Source: Candidatus Sabulitectum sp. (GTDB lineage: Bacteria > Fermentibacterota > Fermentibacteria > Fermentibacterales > JCC-6). From it: a stretch of 64,000 nucleotides of DNA. The translations under genes were made by a program, and so were the position numbers. Positions 20,610-30,012 of this stretch are shown piece after piece (position 1 is the first letter of the stretch; each line of letters starts with the position of its first letter). The DNA is taken from NCBI GenBank assembly GCA_021107435.1, contig JAIOSV010000089.1, positions 111,347 to 175,346 on the forward strand. The letters are read 5' to 3'. A model generated the notes under the pieces. The model searched no databases. It worked only from the letters and a program-made list of their open reading frames with translations, and was not told the origin of the DNA.

Positions 20610-21876
20610 AGCCATATCCCTCTGGAACCGCGGCCACTGGAAAGATTATGTGTTCAGCCAGGGCATGCTGCTTATTGCCTCCCTTCTTCTTGTCTTCTTC
20701 ATATCCATAGGACTGGGTGTAGGGACTATTCTTCAAAGGTTCCTCTCCTCTGATCTTCCCGAGGAACAGGTTCGTGTTACACCACTTGGCGTTCAGGCAG
20801 GGTTTTTCCAGACGGAAAGAGGCGGCATGGAGATTACTGCCGACATCATGGATTCTCTCGCCGCGCTCCCGCAGGTGGATAGAATTGACCCTCAGGTTTA
20901 TGCCCATGTTCCAGCGTACCTGAGAGGACTCCTCGGGGGAAGAAACTATTACACGGACATCACTCTTGAAGGAGTCTCCGATGCCTTCGTACCCGATTCC
21001 ATGCTGGAGCACATCGACTGGAACTACACACTGAGTGACAGCTCGGAAAAACCTCTTCCAATAATCCTCAGTGAAAATCTTCTCATTCTTTACAACGCCG
21101 GCTTCGCTGAATCCAACGGACTCATGGGTCTTACCCCTGAAGGAGTCATTGGCCTTGAGGTAAGGGTAAATGTGGGCAGCAGCTCAATCGCCTCACTCCA
21201 GGCACCGCCGATTAATCTTCGAGCAGAGATAGTGGGAACATCCCGAAATACGGCTCTTTTTGCTCTGGCAGTTCCAATCGAGTTTGTAGAGGAAGTAAAC
21301 GCTCTTTACCTTCCGGATGACCGGCACACGTACAGCGCCCTGATGGTAACAGCTCACGAAGCGGAAGATGTGCCGGAAATAGTGCGTTACGCGGAAGAAC
21401 TGGGCCTTTCCGCGGAGACCCGCCGTGGAATAGCCCAGAAGGCCGAGATCCTGGTTGGTGTGGTAACGGCAGCTCTCGGAGCACTTGCCGCGGCAATTCT
21501 CTTCTCCGCTGTAGCCAGTGCCATTCACACTCTTGTCGCAGATCTAAAAAACAGATCTTACGCGCTTGGTGTTCTTGTAGCTCTGGGGACTAAAAGAGAG
21601 AGGCTGGTATACATTTTTGCCTTCCAGATTTTCTTCATGTCTCTGATCAGCACTGTATCGGGAGGCTTGCTGGGCTGCGGTCTGTCTTACCTTGTGAGCA
21701 CAACCTTACTGAACCTGCTTCCTGTACTGAAAATGGCGGTGAACTCACTGGCAGTGTTCCCTGTCGGCTGGCTCTCGGCAGGGCTTGGGCTTGTTCTTTC
21801 GGTTTCAACTGTTTCAGCCTGGTTCTTTTTCAGAAAAATACTGACAACACCTGTCACTGAACTTTTACGACGCTAG
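20593..21876 (+). CDS. FtsX/MacB-like ABC permease
   Basis: One N-terminal TM helix, large periplasmic loop, three C-terminal TM helices with GVLVALGTKR. Confidence 0.8.
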   Translation: MKNMRKAISLWNRGHWKDYVFSQGMLLIASLLLVFFISIGLGVGTILQRFLSSDLPEEQVRVTPLGVQAGFFQTERGGMEITADIMDSLAALPQVDRIDPQVYAHVPAYLRGLLGGRNYYTDITLEGVSDAFVPDSMLEHIDWNYTLSDSSEKPLPIILSENLLILYNAGFAESNGLMGLTPEGVIGLEVRVNVGSSSIASLQAPPINLRAEIVGTSRNTALFALAVPIEFVEEVNALYLPDDRHTYSALMVTAHEAEDVPEIVRYAEELGLSAETRRGIAQKAEILVGVVTAALGALAAAILFSAVASAIHTLVADLKNRSYALGVLVALGTKRERLVYIFAFQIFFMSLISTVSGGLLGCGLSYLVSTTLLNLLPVLKMAVNSLAVFPVGWLSAGLGLVLSVSTVSAWFFFRKILTTPVTELLRR

Positions 21877-21887
21877 AGGAGAGAAAA

Positions 21888-23099
21888 ATGAAATTTGCCG
21901 CACTTGTGCCACTAATTGTTTTCGCTGCAATTGCTCAGTTCCCGGATACTTTTCTGGGCTCTGTCTCTGTGGGTCAGAACCCTATGGATGTCTGTCTATC
22001 CCCTGATGGCAACAGAGCCTATGCTGCTGTTGAATTCGGATTTGCCACCGCTATTGATATAAACGGTTACTCGGATTTCTCCCTTGCCGGGCTTGTAACC
22101 ATAGACGGAGAGCCGGTGACCCTTCAGTGCGACCCCACAGGTGAATATCTTTACGTGGCAGATCAGGAAAACAATCTGGTACACATCATTAACACCTCGG
22201 AACTCTCTGTGGTAAAAACTCTTGATATTCAACCTGATCCAACCGACATGGTTCTCTGCTCTGCCGGAAACATGATATACCTTTCTCATGAAAACGGCAT
22301 GATCACAGTAATAGACACTGAAAGTCAAACTGTTGAGGAGAGCTTCTGGGTCGGTGAAGAAATCAACTCCATTTGCATTACCCCTGCGCAGGATCTCGTA
22401 TTTGCCGCAGATGACGGAAGTCCCGAAGAAGCAGTAATCACAACCTCTACCGGCGTCCTTACCCATATCAACAGTGGCATGGACAGCTACGGCTGCGCCG
22501 TTTCAGGTAATGGCACAAGACTATTCCTGTCATGCCCGTCCTGGAACATTATTGGAGTAATGGATATTGCATCCCTGACTGTAGAGGGAACAATTCCATG
22601 CACGGGTGATGCCCCGGAGAAAATGGCTGCCCTGCCGGGTCTGCCCTACCTGTACGGGGTGTGTCCAGAGCAGAATACTATTACAGTCTTCGGCACAGAC
22701 GATCTGACTCAAAAGGGAGAAATCCCCCTTACTGGCGGACCTGCGAACATCGCTGCTCACCCTGATGGAGAAAGACTATTCATTGTATGTACAGCAGACA
22801 ACAAGATGAAAATTATCGGGTTTGATCCAACGGGAATTGATCCGATCATGCACGAACATATGCTCAGCGTACTTCATTCACCTTCAACTGCACCATCTGT
22901 TGCCGTCACCTGTTTAAACGGCGGTATCGTTTCCCTCAGTGCTTTTGATCTGGCGGGAAGAACCGTATGGACTGCGGAAACAGTAATGACTCAAAATGAA
23001 ACACGACAGTTCAGTCTGGAGAATGCCCCTGTGGGCGTACTGATTGTAACCTCAACAATCGAAGGAACCGTGAATTCAGTCAAAGTGGTTGTGCTGTAG
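21888..23099 (+). CDS. YncE/YVTN beta-propeller protein with C-terminal secretion (FlgD/T9SS-like) domain
   Basis: Signal peptide; VGQNP, SPDGNRAY and HPDGERLF repeats; FDLAGR near the C terminus. Confidence 0.75.
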   Translation: MKFAALVPLIVFAAIAQFPDTFLGSVSVGQNPMDVCLSPDGNRAYAAVEFGFATAIDINGYSDFSLAGLVTIDGEPVTLQCDPTGEYLYVADQENNLVHIINTSELSVVKTLDIQPDPTDMVLCSAGNMIYLSHENGMITVIDTESQTVEESFWVGEEINSICITPAQDLVFAADDGSPEEAVITTSTGVLTHINSGMDSYGCAVSGNGTRLFLSCPSWNIIGVMDIASLTVEGTIPCTGDAPEKMAALPGLPYLYGVCPEQNTITVFGTDDLTQKGEIPLTGGPANIAAHPDGERLFIVCTADNKMKIIGFDPTGIDPIMHEHMLSVLHSPSTAPSVAVTCLNGGIVSLSAFDLAGRTVWTAETVMTQNETRQFSLENAPVGVLIVTSTIEGTVNSVKVVVL

Positions 23100-23189
23100 A
23101 AATTCATTCGCTCAAAGAGTGTGTCCGTGTACAGGACACACTCATGTTCGTTGTATTGATGTAAATACGGAACTCAAGTTGCCTGATGC

Positions 23190-26100
23190 TCAGAATAGAT
23201 CTACACCATCGTCAACAATAACCCATCGACCGTTCACGAGAACAAGCCTTATTTCCTCGATAGCTCCCTCAAAGGTAACCGGCACAAGGGCAGTTTCTCC
23301 ATTGATTACTGCTTCTCCAATCTCAATCTCCGCACTGCCCAGCATAACCATCACGAATTCATCAATTGCCATGTTCTCTATTTCTTCAGCAGTTATCTCA
23401 ATCCCCCCGGAAGATAATTCTGCAGCCATTTCATCCGGAGCCAGCTTCATCACACGGAGAACCGCGTTGAAGTCAGCAAGCTCTTCTTCGGACAAACCGC
23501 CGAGGATAAATTCACCATCGCTGTTCAGCATCATATCCACAAAGAACGCGACAACTTCCTCCGGCGTTCTCATTACTGCTCTTGCAATACGAAAACCATC
23601 ATTGTAGTAGTGACCTGACAAGAGCGCTACGTTGCGATATGAGCAAAATCTGGGATGTTCAGATGCAAAGCTTCCTCCGCGAAGAACGCGATTGCCGCTT
23701 GAACCTGCAAATGCGCTGCCATCCACGGGACAATCGCTTAAGTCAGCCGTGTACACATCTTCGCACCACTCGGAAACATTACCCAGGATATCGTATAGAC
23801 CCCATGCGTTGGGTTCGAGAAGCCCCACCGGATGAGTGCTGTTATCGGAGCTACCGGCATGCCAGCAATAGAGTTTCACCACTCTCTCTGAAAAACTGTC
23901 GCCCCAGTAGTATCCGGTAGTTGTTCCAGCCCTGCAGGCATACTCCCACTCTAACTCTGTTGGTAATCTGTAAGCTGAGTTCTGATCCATGCTGTTCATT
24001 GCAACGACAAAGTTCTGACATTCATTCCAGGTTACATCGTGCACAGGATTGAGTGGTCCCACACCATAGTTGCTACCGCTGTTATGGTTCTCATTCATAA
24101 CTTCCTTCCACATGCCCTGTGTAACCTCGGTGGTCATAAGCTCAAAGCTGTCTATCTGAACAAGACGCTGCTCTTCCTCACCCATCATGAAACTTCCGGA
24201 AGGTATGGTTACAAATTCCATGCCGCTTACCGGTCCGGTGCGCCCAAAGGTCAAACCCCGTGCGTCAGCCCATCCGAAATGATCAGCAGCATCGGTTACC
24301 CTGATCCGGCATTCAGATCCTCCAAGGTTGTATTCAGCTGGAACGGAAGTATTCTGAAGGCTGAAGCTGCCGTTGTTATCTATCCACCCGGAAAGATCTG
24401 ATACCGATGTAACGCCGTCGTAAAGCTCAACTTTGACTGAGTCCGAACCGCCTGTCCATTCAATTGTCTTCCCGTCAACAGTTACAGGAAGAGAGCCTAT
24501 CTCAAACTCCTCGCTCCAGCCGAGAACTCCCTGATCATCAACAATGCGAATCCGGAAACCGGAACCTGTTCCCCATCTGGAAGGTATGCAGGCTTGCCTT
24601 ACCTCCGAGTCGTTATTGTTTACCCATCCGCAGAAATCGCCCATGAATCTGTCATTCCTGTAAACGTCACATTTCACGCGCTCACCTGGAAATCCTTCCC
24701 AGGCAACAGTAGCTTCCGTCGTTCCGGTTGACCAGCAGGCAGTTCCATCAGGATCTGTAACAACAGCCCGTGAGTATATTCCGAATTCATTCTTACTGTA
24801 TTCATCACCGGCACTGTCGATCACTATAACAGGGGTGTCCGGCCCTCTTTCCCAGCTTTCAGAATCCGTTGGGATTATTGCTCTGAGAAGCACCATTTGA
24901 TCTGATAAAGAATCAGAGCCGATAATAAGAAATTCATTCTCGGAAGAGTTTATCTCAACAATACTACTGAATAAATCTGTGAGATCAAGGTCAAGTACCA
25001 TCATTTTCTGTAGAACTCCAGTTTCGCTGAAAACAGCGATGAACGGCTGCTTCCGGCCCCAGACTGTATAGTATTGGCCTTCTGGAAAAATGCTGATCGC
25101 TGTTGCACCAACTGCGTATATCAGGCCCGAAGATATCTCTATTGCATCGTAAACGCAGGCCTCTCCCAGACCGGCACCGGCAGTTTTCCACAAAGGATTA
25201 CCGGTTTCACCGTCCAGAAAACACACGAAGTAACAATCCGGATCGGTCACCCACTCCTGAACATTGCCACTGACAATAATGTTACCGGCAGATGTCTCTC
25301 TGAAGGACTTGATATGCGGCCAGATCTCACCACTGCCTTCAGACAGATCAAGCAGGTAGGAAGAAGTTATTGAATAGTGAAACAAAGTCTCTCCGTTGGC
25401 TGATATTCGCTGAATCTCTGTAACGTAGTCAAAAGCGTCAGGCGAGCTGCTTACCATATACCCACCACCCGAAAGCTCTGTAACACAAGAAGACCAGTAG
25501 CACTCACTGTCTGTTCCTTCAAGAGAACATGTCCATGCTGTATCCGCCTGCCCGCTGCATGCGATCAGAGACCTTTCTCTCGAACCGTCCAGTGCAGCAG
25601 TAGTCATAATGAGAGGATTACCTGAAACGATCTCTTCGCATGACAGCGGATAGCCGTTGGAATCCGTCTCAACTGTCCACAACTCATCACAGAATGAAAC
25701 CATGTTTCGAGAGAGATGCCTTTGTAGCTGTACTCGATCTCTTCCTGATCCTTCAAACTGACACCTGTCTATCAGTATCGGATTATAGCGCATTGTCTCT
25801 ATGGGACATAAATGCTCCGAAAGAATGTTGATTGTCACCGGATTAACCGGCGACACCGACTCTGCTGTTAATCTCTCCCGGACATACGCCGGAATCTGAC
25901 GGGTCAGTTCACGATCTGTCATCATCTCCAGATAGATGATGTAGTGCCCTCGCGCCTCAGTGGATTCACCAAGAGCCCAGAGAACATCCGCGATGTTGAG
26001 ATGAGCCACCATCCGTTCCGGTTTCAGATCCAGAACTTTTCTCAGAACGATCAGTGATTTGTCAAGATCATCTGTCTGCTCAAGATAGTATGCGTAGTTG

Positions 26101-26873
26101 TTCATGATCATTGCGTATTCGCCCAGATCCATGTATTCCGAATAATCACAATCTACATAGTCCAGACTGTCCGTGAAAGCGGTAAACCATTCTCTGTCGG
26201 TATGAAGAAAACCGGCGAGATCTCCGAACAGACTCACGGCTTTCCCGAAATTACCAGCAGCTCCAGCTTCCCCTGCAGCCCGGTTAACGCTTCTCAGCAG
26301 ACGGACGAACATTTCATCGGAATTGTAGTAGTTTCCCGGGTAGAACATTTCGTTGATCTCGCGTATTGCCTCAGCTATATTTCCCTCTGCCATAAGGCTG
26401 TCTGCTCTCTCCAGAGCCTCCATTGATGGATCACCTGAATAGTATCGCAGACACTCAAGCGATCCGGAATCAATGTTCCACCGGTAACAAACAGCATGGT
26501 AGCTTGCACTGTATGGCATCTGAAAAAACAGACGGATCTCGTCTTCCTCTTCGAAGTATCTTGAATCTGACTTCGCGAAGTTGTAGTTCCCCCTGTAGCT
26601 GCTGGTACCCAGAAGAAGAGGAATATCACTGTCATGGGTTTTCCCCAGCAGATATATGTCCAGCGAGTCCCGCTCAACTTCAATACCCGTTATCAGCAGC
26701 TCATAGATACCATTCGGAAGGTTGCCGGTATCAAAATGATACACTATCGGCAGGACTGTTCGAGAGACTGTATTCCAGTGTTCCAGTAACTCACCGGTAA
26801 TCGGTTTATAGTCAATCCGGCCAAAGGAAATAGACGCTGCGAGAAAAAGAATAGGAATAAGTGTTCTCCTCAT
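23190..26873 (-). CDS. Large secreted multidomain protein: TPR, beta-rich region, two Ig-like modules, FGE-sulfatase (SUMF1/CLec) domain, C-terminal NTF2/DUF4878-like domain
   Basis: Signal peptide; NNYAYYL..AHLNIAD TPR; IPSGSFMMG, EVTQ, RLPTELEWEYACRAG, PNAWGLYDILGNVSEW, RVLRGGS, GFR. Confidence 0.8.
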   Translation of the reverse strand: MRRTLIPILFLAASISFGRIDYKPITGELLEHWNTVSRTVLPIVYHFDTGNLPNGIYELLITGIEVERDSLDIYLLGKTHDSDIPLLLGTSSYRGNYNFAKSDSRYFEEEDEIRLFFQMPYSASYHAVCYRWNIDSGSLECLRYYSGDPSMEALERADSLMAEGNIAEAIREINEMFYPGNYYNSDEMFVRLLRSVNRAAGEAGAAGNFGKAVSLFGDLAGFLHTDREWFTAFTDSLDYVDCDYSEYMDLGEYAMIMNNYAYYLEQTDDLDKSLIVLRKVLDLKPERMVAHLNIADVLWALGESTEARGHYIIYLEMMTDRELTRQIPAYVRERLTAESVSPVNPVTINILSEHLCPIETMRYNPILIDRCQFEGSGRDRVQLQRHLSRNMVSFCDELWTVETDSNGYPLSCEEIVSGNPLIMTTAALDGSRERSLIACSGQADTAWTCSLEGTDSECYWSSCVTELSGGGYMVSSSPDAFDYVTEIQRISANGETLFHYSITSSYLLDLSEGSGEIWPHIKSFRETSAGNIIVSGNVQEWVTDPDCYFVCFLDGETGNPLWKTAGAGLGEACVYDAIEISSGLIYAVGATAISIFPEGQYYTVWGRKQPFIAVFSETGVLQKMMVLDLDLTDLFSSIVEINSSENEFLIIGSDSLSDQMVLLRAIIPTDSESWERGPDTPVIVIDSAGDEYSKNEFGIYSRAVVTDPDGTACWSTGTTEATVAWEGFPGERVKCDVYRNDRFMGDFCGWVNNNDSEVRQACIPSRWGTGSGFRIRIVDDQGVLGWSEEFEIGSLPVTVDGKTIEWTGGSDSVKVELYDGVTSVSDLSGWIDNNGSFSLQNTSVPAEYNLGGSECRIRVTDAADHFGWADARGLTFGRTGPVSGMEFVTIPSGSFMMGEEEQRLVQIDSFELMTTEVTQGMWKEVMNENHNSGSNYGVGPLNPVHDVTWNECQNFVVAMNSMDQNSAYRLPTELEWEYACRAGTTTGYYWGDSFSERVVKLYCWHAGSSDNSTHPVGLLEPNAWGLYDILGNVSEWCEDVYTADLSDCPVDGSAFAGSSGNRVLRGGSFASEHPRFCSYRNVALLSGHYYNDGFRIARAVMRTPEEVVAFFVDMMLNSDGEFILGGLSEEELADFNAVLRVMKLAPDEMAAELSSGGIEITAEEIENMAIDEFVMVMLGSAEIEIGEAVINGETALVPVTFEGAIEEIRLVLVNGRWVIVDDGVDLF

Positions 26874-26961
26874 GTGAATGCCTCCTTGAATTGTTGTGTA
26901 ACAATCTGCTAATTAATTCGAGGCTCAGAGTCAAGTACTGCTTTGCGGCACCTGCATGCCA

Positions 26962-27001
26962 TGTCATTGACCGAACAGAGTATCAGGCATTATCATGTAA
27001 T
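26962..27001 (+). repeat. 40-bp promoter-containing repeat, copy 1
   Basis: TGTCATTGACCGAACAGAGTATCAGGCATTATCATGTAAT, identical to 28504-28543; contains TTGACC-18bp-TATCAT. Confidence 0.85.
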
Positions 27002-27075
27002 ACAGTGGAAAATTAATAGAAAAAGGGAAAGGAACTATTGCATGGAAAAACTGTATCCTGACTCTTCGGATTCCC

Positions 27076-28396
27076 ATGGCTGAATCTTTTGAGAACAAAA
27101 ACCTGGAAATCCTGCTGAAAAAGCTTCCTGATACTGAAGGGCCGCAGCAAATTGAGCTTCTCGCCGATTTAACTGTAGCCTTCAGGGAAATAAATCCCGA
27201 GAAAGTAATTGAATTCGGGAAACAGGGGCTGGAACTGCTTCAGGACAGCAAAGAGAAGAAACTGAAATTAGTTATTCTGAATGAGATCTGCAGGGCATAT
27301 CATTACCTTAGCAAATACCAGACTTCGCTGGAATACGGCTTTAAAGCACTTGAACTATCTAATGCAAGCAATGATGATCTACACAAGGCAACCGCTATAA
27401 ACAGAATTGGCACGACATACCTGAATATGGCATTATTTAATCAAGCTCTTGAGTGTTTCATGCAGGCTCTTAAAATATATGAAAACATCGGTGACAAACG
27501 TGGCATCGCAGGATTGTACATTAATATTGGATTGGTCTGCAGTAAAATAGGCGACCGCGAAAAGGCTCTGGAGTATTACAGCAAAGCAATGAGAACACTT
27601 AAAGAAGTAAATGACAAAAGAAGTCTTGCCATCCTGTATAATAATATTGGTAGCATTTACAATGATTCAAAGGAACATAAAACGGCTCTGGAGTATTTTA
27701 GGAAAGCACTTGAAATCAAGAAAAAAATCGGTGAGAAGTTTAGAATAGCTCACACCTTAACCAATATCGGCACAGTATATATGGATACCGAAAATTATGA
27801 AAAATCGTTGGAATACTTTTTTCAATCACTCAATATCCAGGAAGAAATCCGTGATGAGTATGCTTCTGTTGAAACACTCCGCAATATTGGTTATTCCTAC
27901 GCTTCGACTGATAGGATTGCTGAAGCTGTTAAATATATACAGCAAGGACTTTCAATTGCGAAAGCACTTAAAGTACCTGATCTGATAATGAGTTGTTATG
28001 AATCCTTTTCGGCTATCTACAAAAAAAAGAAAGATTTCAAGAAAGCATTTGAATACTACAAACAGTTCAAGAAACTTGATGATGAGATATTCACAAAGGA
28101 AAGCAGCAGGAAATTCAACGAACTCCAGATAAGCTACGAAACAGAAAAGAAGGAAAAGGAGAGTGAGATTTACAGGCTCAGGAATATCGAACTGGTAAAA
28201 ACAAATGAGAATCTGACAAAAGCTCTTGCTGAAATAAAAACACTGTTCTTCATGTAAAAAAATCCGTGATGACTCCGGATACTGGGAACAGATAGAAGAA
28301 TACATAGCAGAGCGTTCAGACACTCAGTTCAGTCACGGGATCTGTCCTGAATGCGAGAAGAATCTTTATACTGAATTGACTAATCTCAACAAGTGA
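27076..28396 (+). pseudogene. TPR-array protein with frameshifted C-terminal Cys4 domain (ORF ends at 28257; tail 28244-28396 is in another frame)
   Basis: TPR repeats; after EIKTL a second frame reads CSSCKKIRDDSGYWEQIEEYIAERSDTQFSHGICPEC, matching the C terminus of the intact paralog. Confidence 0.8.
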
Positions 28397-28503
28397 GACC
28401 CCTCTTCAGGGTCTCCAACGGGAGTAGACTGCATTTCCTGAAGCTGATATTGGACGATCAGGCTCTACTGGGGCAATGTCTGTCCTGAAGTGAGACTTGG
28501 TAC

Positions 28504-28543
28504 TGTCATTGACCGAACAGAGTATCAGGCATTATCATGTAAT
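28504..28543 (+). repeat. 40-bp promoter-containing repeat, copy 2
   Basis: Identical to 26962-27001. Confidence 0.85.
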
Positions 28544-28673
28544 CAAGTTGAGAACTCAATGTAAAAGGCAATTGAAAAACAATACCGGAATCACATTTCG
28601 ATATTATCAGATATCCAGTTTCTTCGCTCTGCGGGAAGATAGCTGTTCCTGAAATAGTGATGGAGTGCATGAC

Positions 28674-30002
28674 ATGCCGAATGAAGAAATTATTAAGCTG
28701 GAAAATGAACTGGAAAAACTCAGACTGGAATCTCCTGGTTTAGAACTCACGGTTACGCTGAATAAACTTGCTTATGCCTGTCTCCATTCGGATCCACGCA
28801 CCGCGGAAGTGCACGCTCTGGAAGCACAGTCCCTTTCGATAAATCTGGGATTTCCTGTAGAGCTGGCAAAAAGCGACACTACGCTTGGAAGGATTAATCA
28901 GGAGGCAGGTAATTTCCCTGAGGCAATGTCGTATTGCCGGAAGTCAATGAATATCTATGAAGAACTCCGGGACGGGAACGGGATGGCATCTGTTAATGGT
29001 ACACTGGCAGCCATATACTGGTCCCAGGGCATGATTGACAAAGCTCTTGAGCACTTCCTCGAATCTCTCAGGCAAAAACAGGAATGTGATGCCAGCCATG
29101 ATGAACTTGCCAACTGCCACTTCAACATAGGCTCATGCTACTGCAGCCTGAACCGTTTTGATCTGGCGCAGGCATCCTATGAATACGTGCTGAAAATATG
29201 GGAAAAGTCAGGAGAACTCGAGAATCTGGCATACATCTACAACAACATCGGCACTCTCTATGGGAAAAAGAAAGAGCTGGACAAGGCTCGTGAGTACTTC
29301 CAGAAAGCTCTTGATTTCAGAAAGGATCTGGGAGATAAAAAAGGCATGGCAAGCACTCTCAGCAATCTGGGAAGTCTGCATAAAGATCTCGGCGATAATG
29401 AATCAGCTCTGAGCTTCTACAACAGAAGCCTCGAACTGTATGAGGAGATCGGCAACCAAAGAGGAGTTGCCTATACATGCGGGTGTGCGGGTGGGATATA
29501 CACTGCCCTGGGAAGCCTTGACAAAGCTGAAGAAACTATCATCAGAGGCCTGGAGATAACAAGAAAGCTAAAGATACAGGATTGGGAGATCCACTGCCTG
29601 GAGATGATAACAGACCTGTACGAAGCGAAAGGAGATCTGCAAAAGGCACTGATGTACTCCCAGGAATTGAACATACGAACAAAAGAGAATCTGAACGAAA
29701 AAAGTCTGGAAAAGATCGCAAGGCTTCAGGTACAATTCGAAACCGAGAAGAAGGAAAATGAAGCTGAGATTTATCGTTTGAAAAACGTCGAACTTTCCGG
29801 TATGAATAATCAGCTACGCGAAGCTTTGACTCATGTGAAGAAACTTCAGGGAATGCTTCCTATCTGCGCAAGCTGCAAGAAAATCAGGGATGATGACGGT
29901 TACTGGCAGCAGATTGAGTCTTATATCTCCGATCACTCCGACGCGAAAATCACTCACGGAATGTGCCCCGAGTGTATAACAAAGCTATACGGCGAAGGGT
30001 GA
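28674..30002 (+). CDS. TPR-array protein with coiled coil and C-terminal LPICASCKKIRDD...HGMCPEC domain
   Basis: Multiple YNNIG/LSNLG TPRs; start either ATG 28674 (GGAG RBS) or GTG 28665. Confidence 0.85.
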   Translation: MPNEEIIKLENELEKLRLESPGLELTVTLNKLAYACLHSDPRTAEVHALEAQSLSINLGFPVELAKSDTTLGRINQEAGNFPEAMSYCRKSMNIYEELRDGNGMASVNGTLAAIYWSQGMIDKALEHFLESLRQKQECDASHDELANCHFNIGSCYCSLNRFDLAQASYEYVLKIWEKSGELENLAYIYNNIGTLYGKKKELDKAREYFQKALDFRKDLGDKKGMASTLSNLGSLHKDLGDNESALSFYNRSLELYEEIGNQRGVAYTCGCAGGIYTALGSLDKAEETIIRGLEITRKLKIQDWEIHCLEMITDLYEAKGDLQKALMYSQELNIRTKENLNEKSLEKIARLQVQFETEKKENEAEIYRLKNVELSGMNNQLREALTHVKKLQGMLPICASCKKIRDDDGYWQQIESYISDHSDAKITHGMCPECITKLYGEG

Positions 30003-30012
30003 TAAGAACAAA

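Noticed and set aside
23580..23700. DGR variable region in the FGE-sulfatase domain
   Set aside because: No template repeat or reverse transcriptase was seen in this window, so it cannot be supported here.
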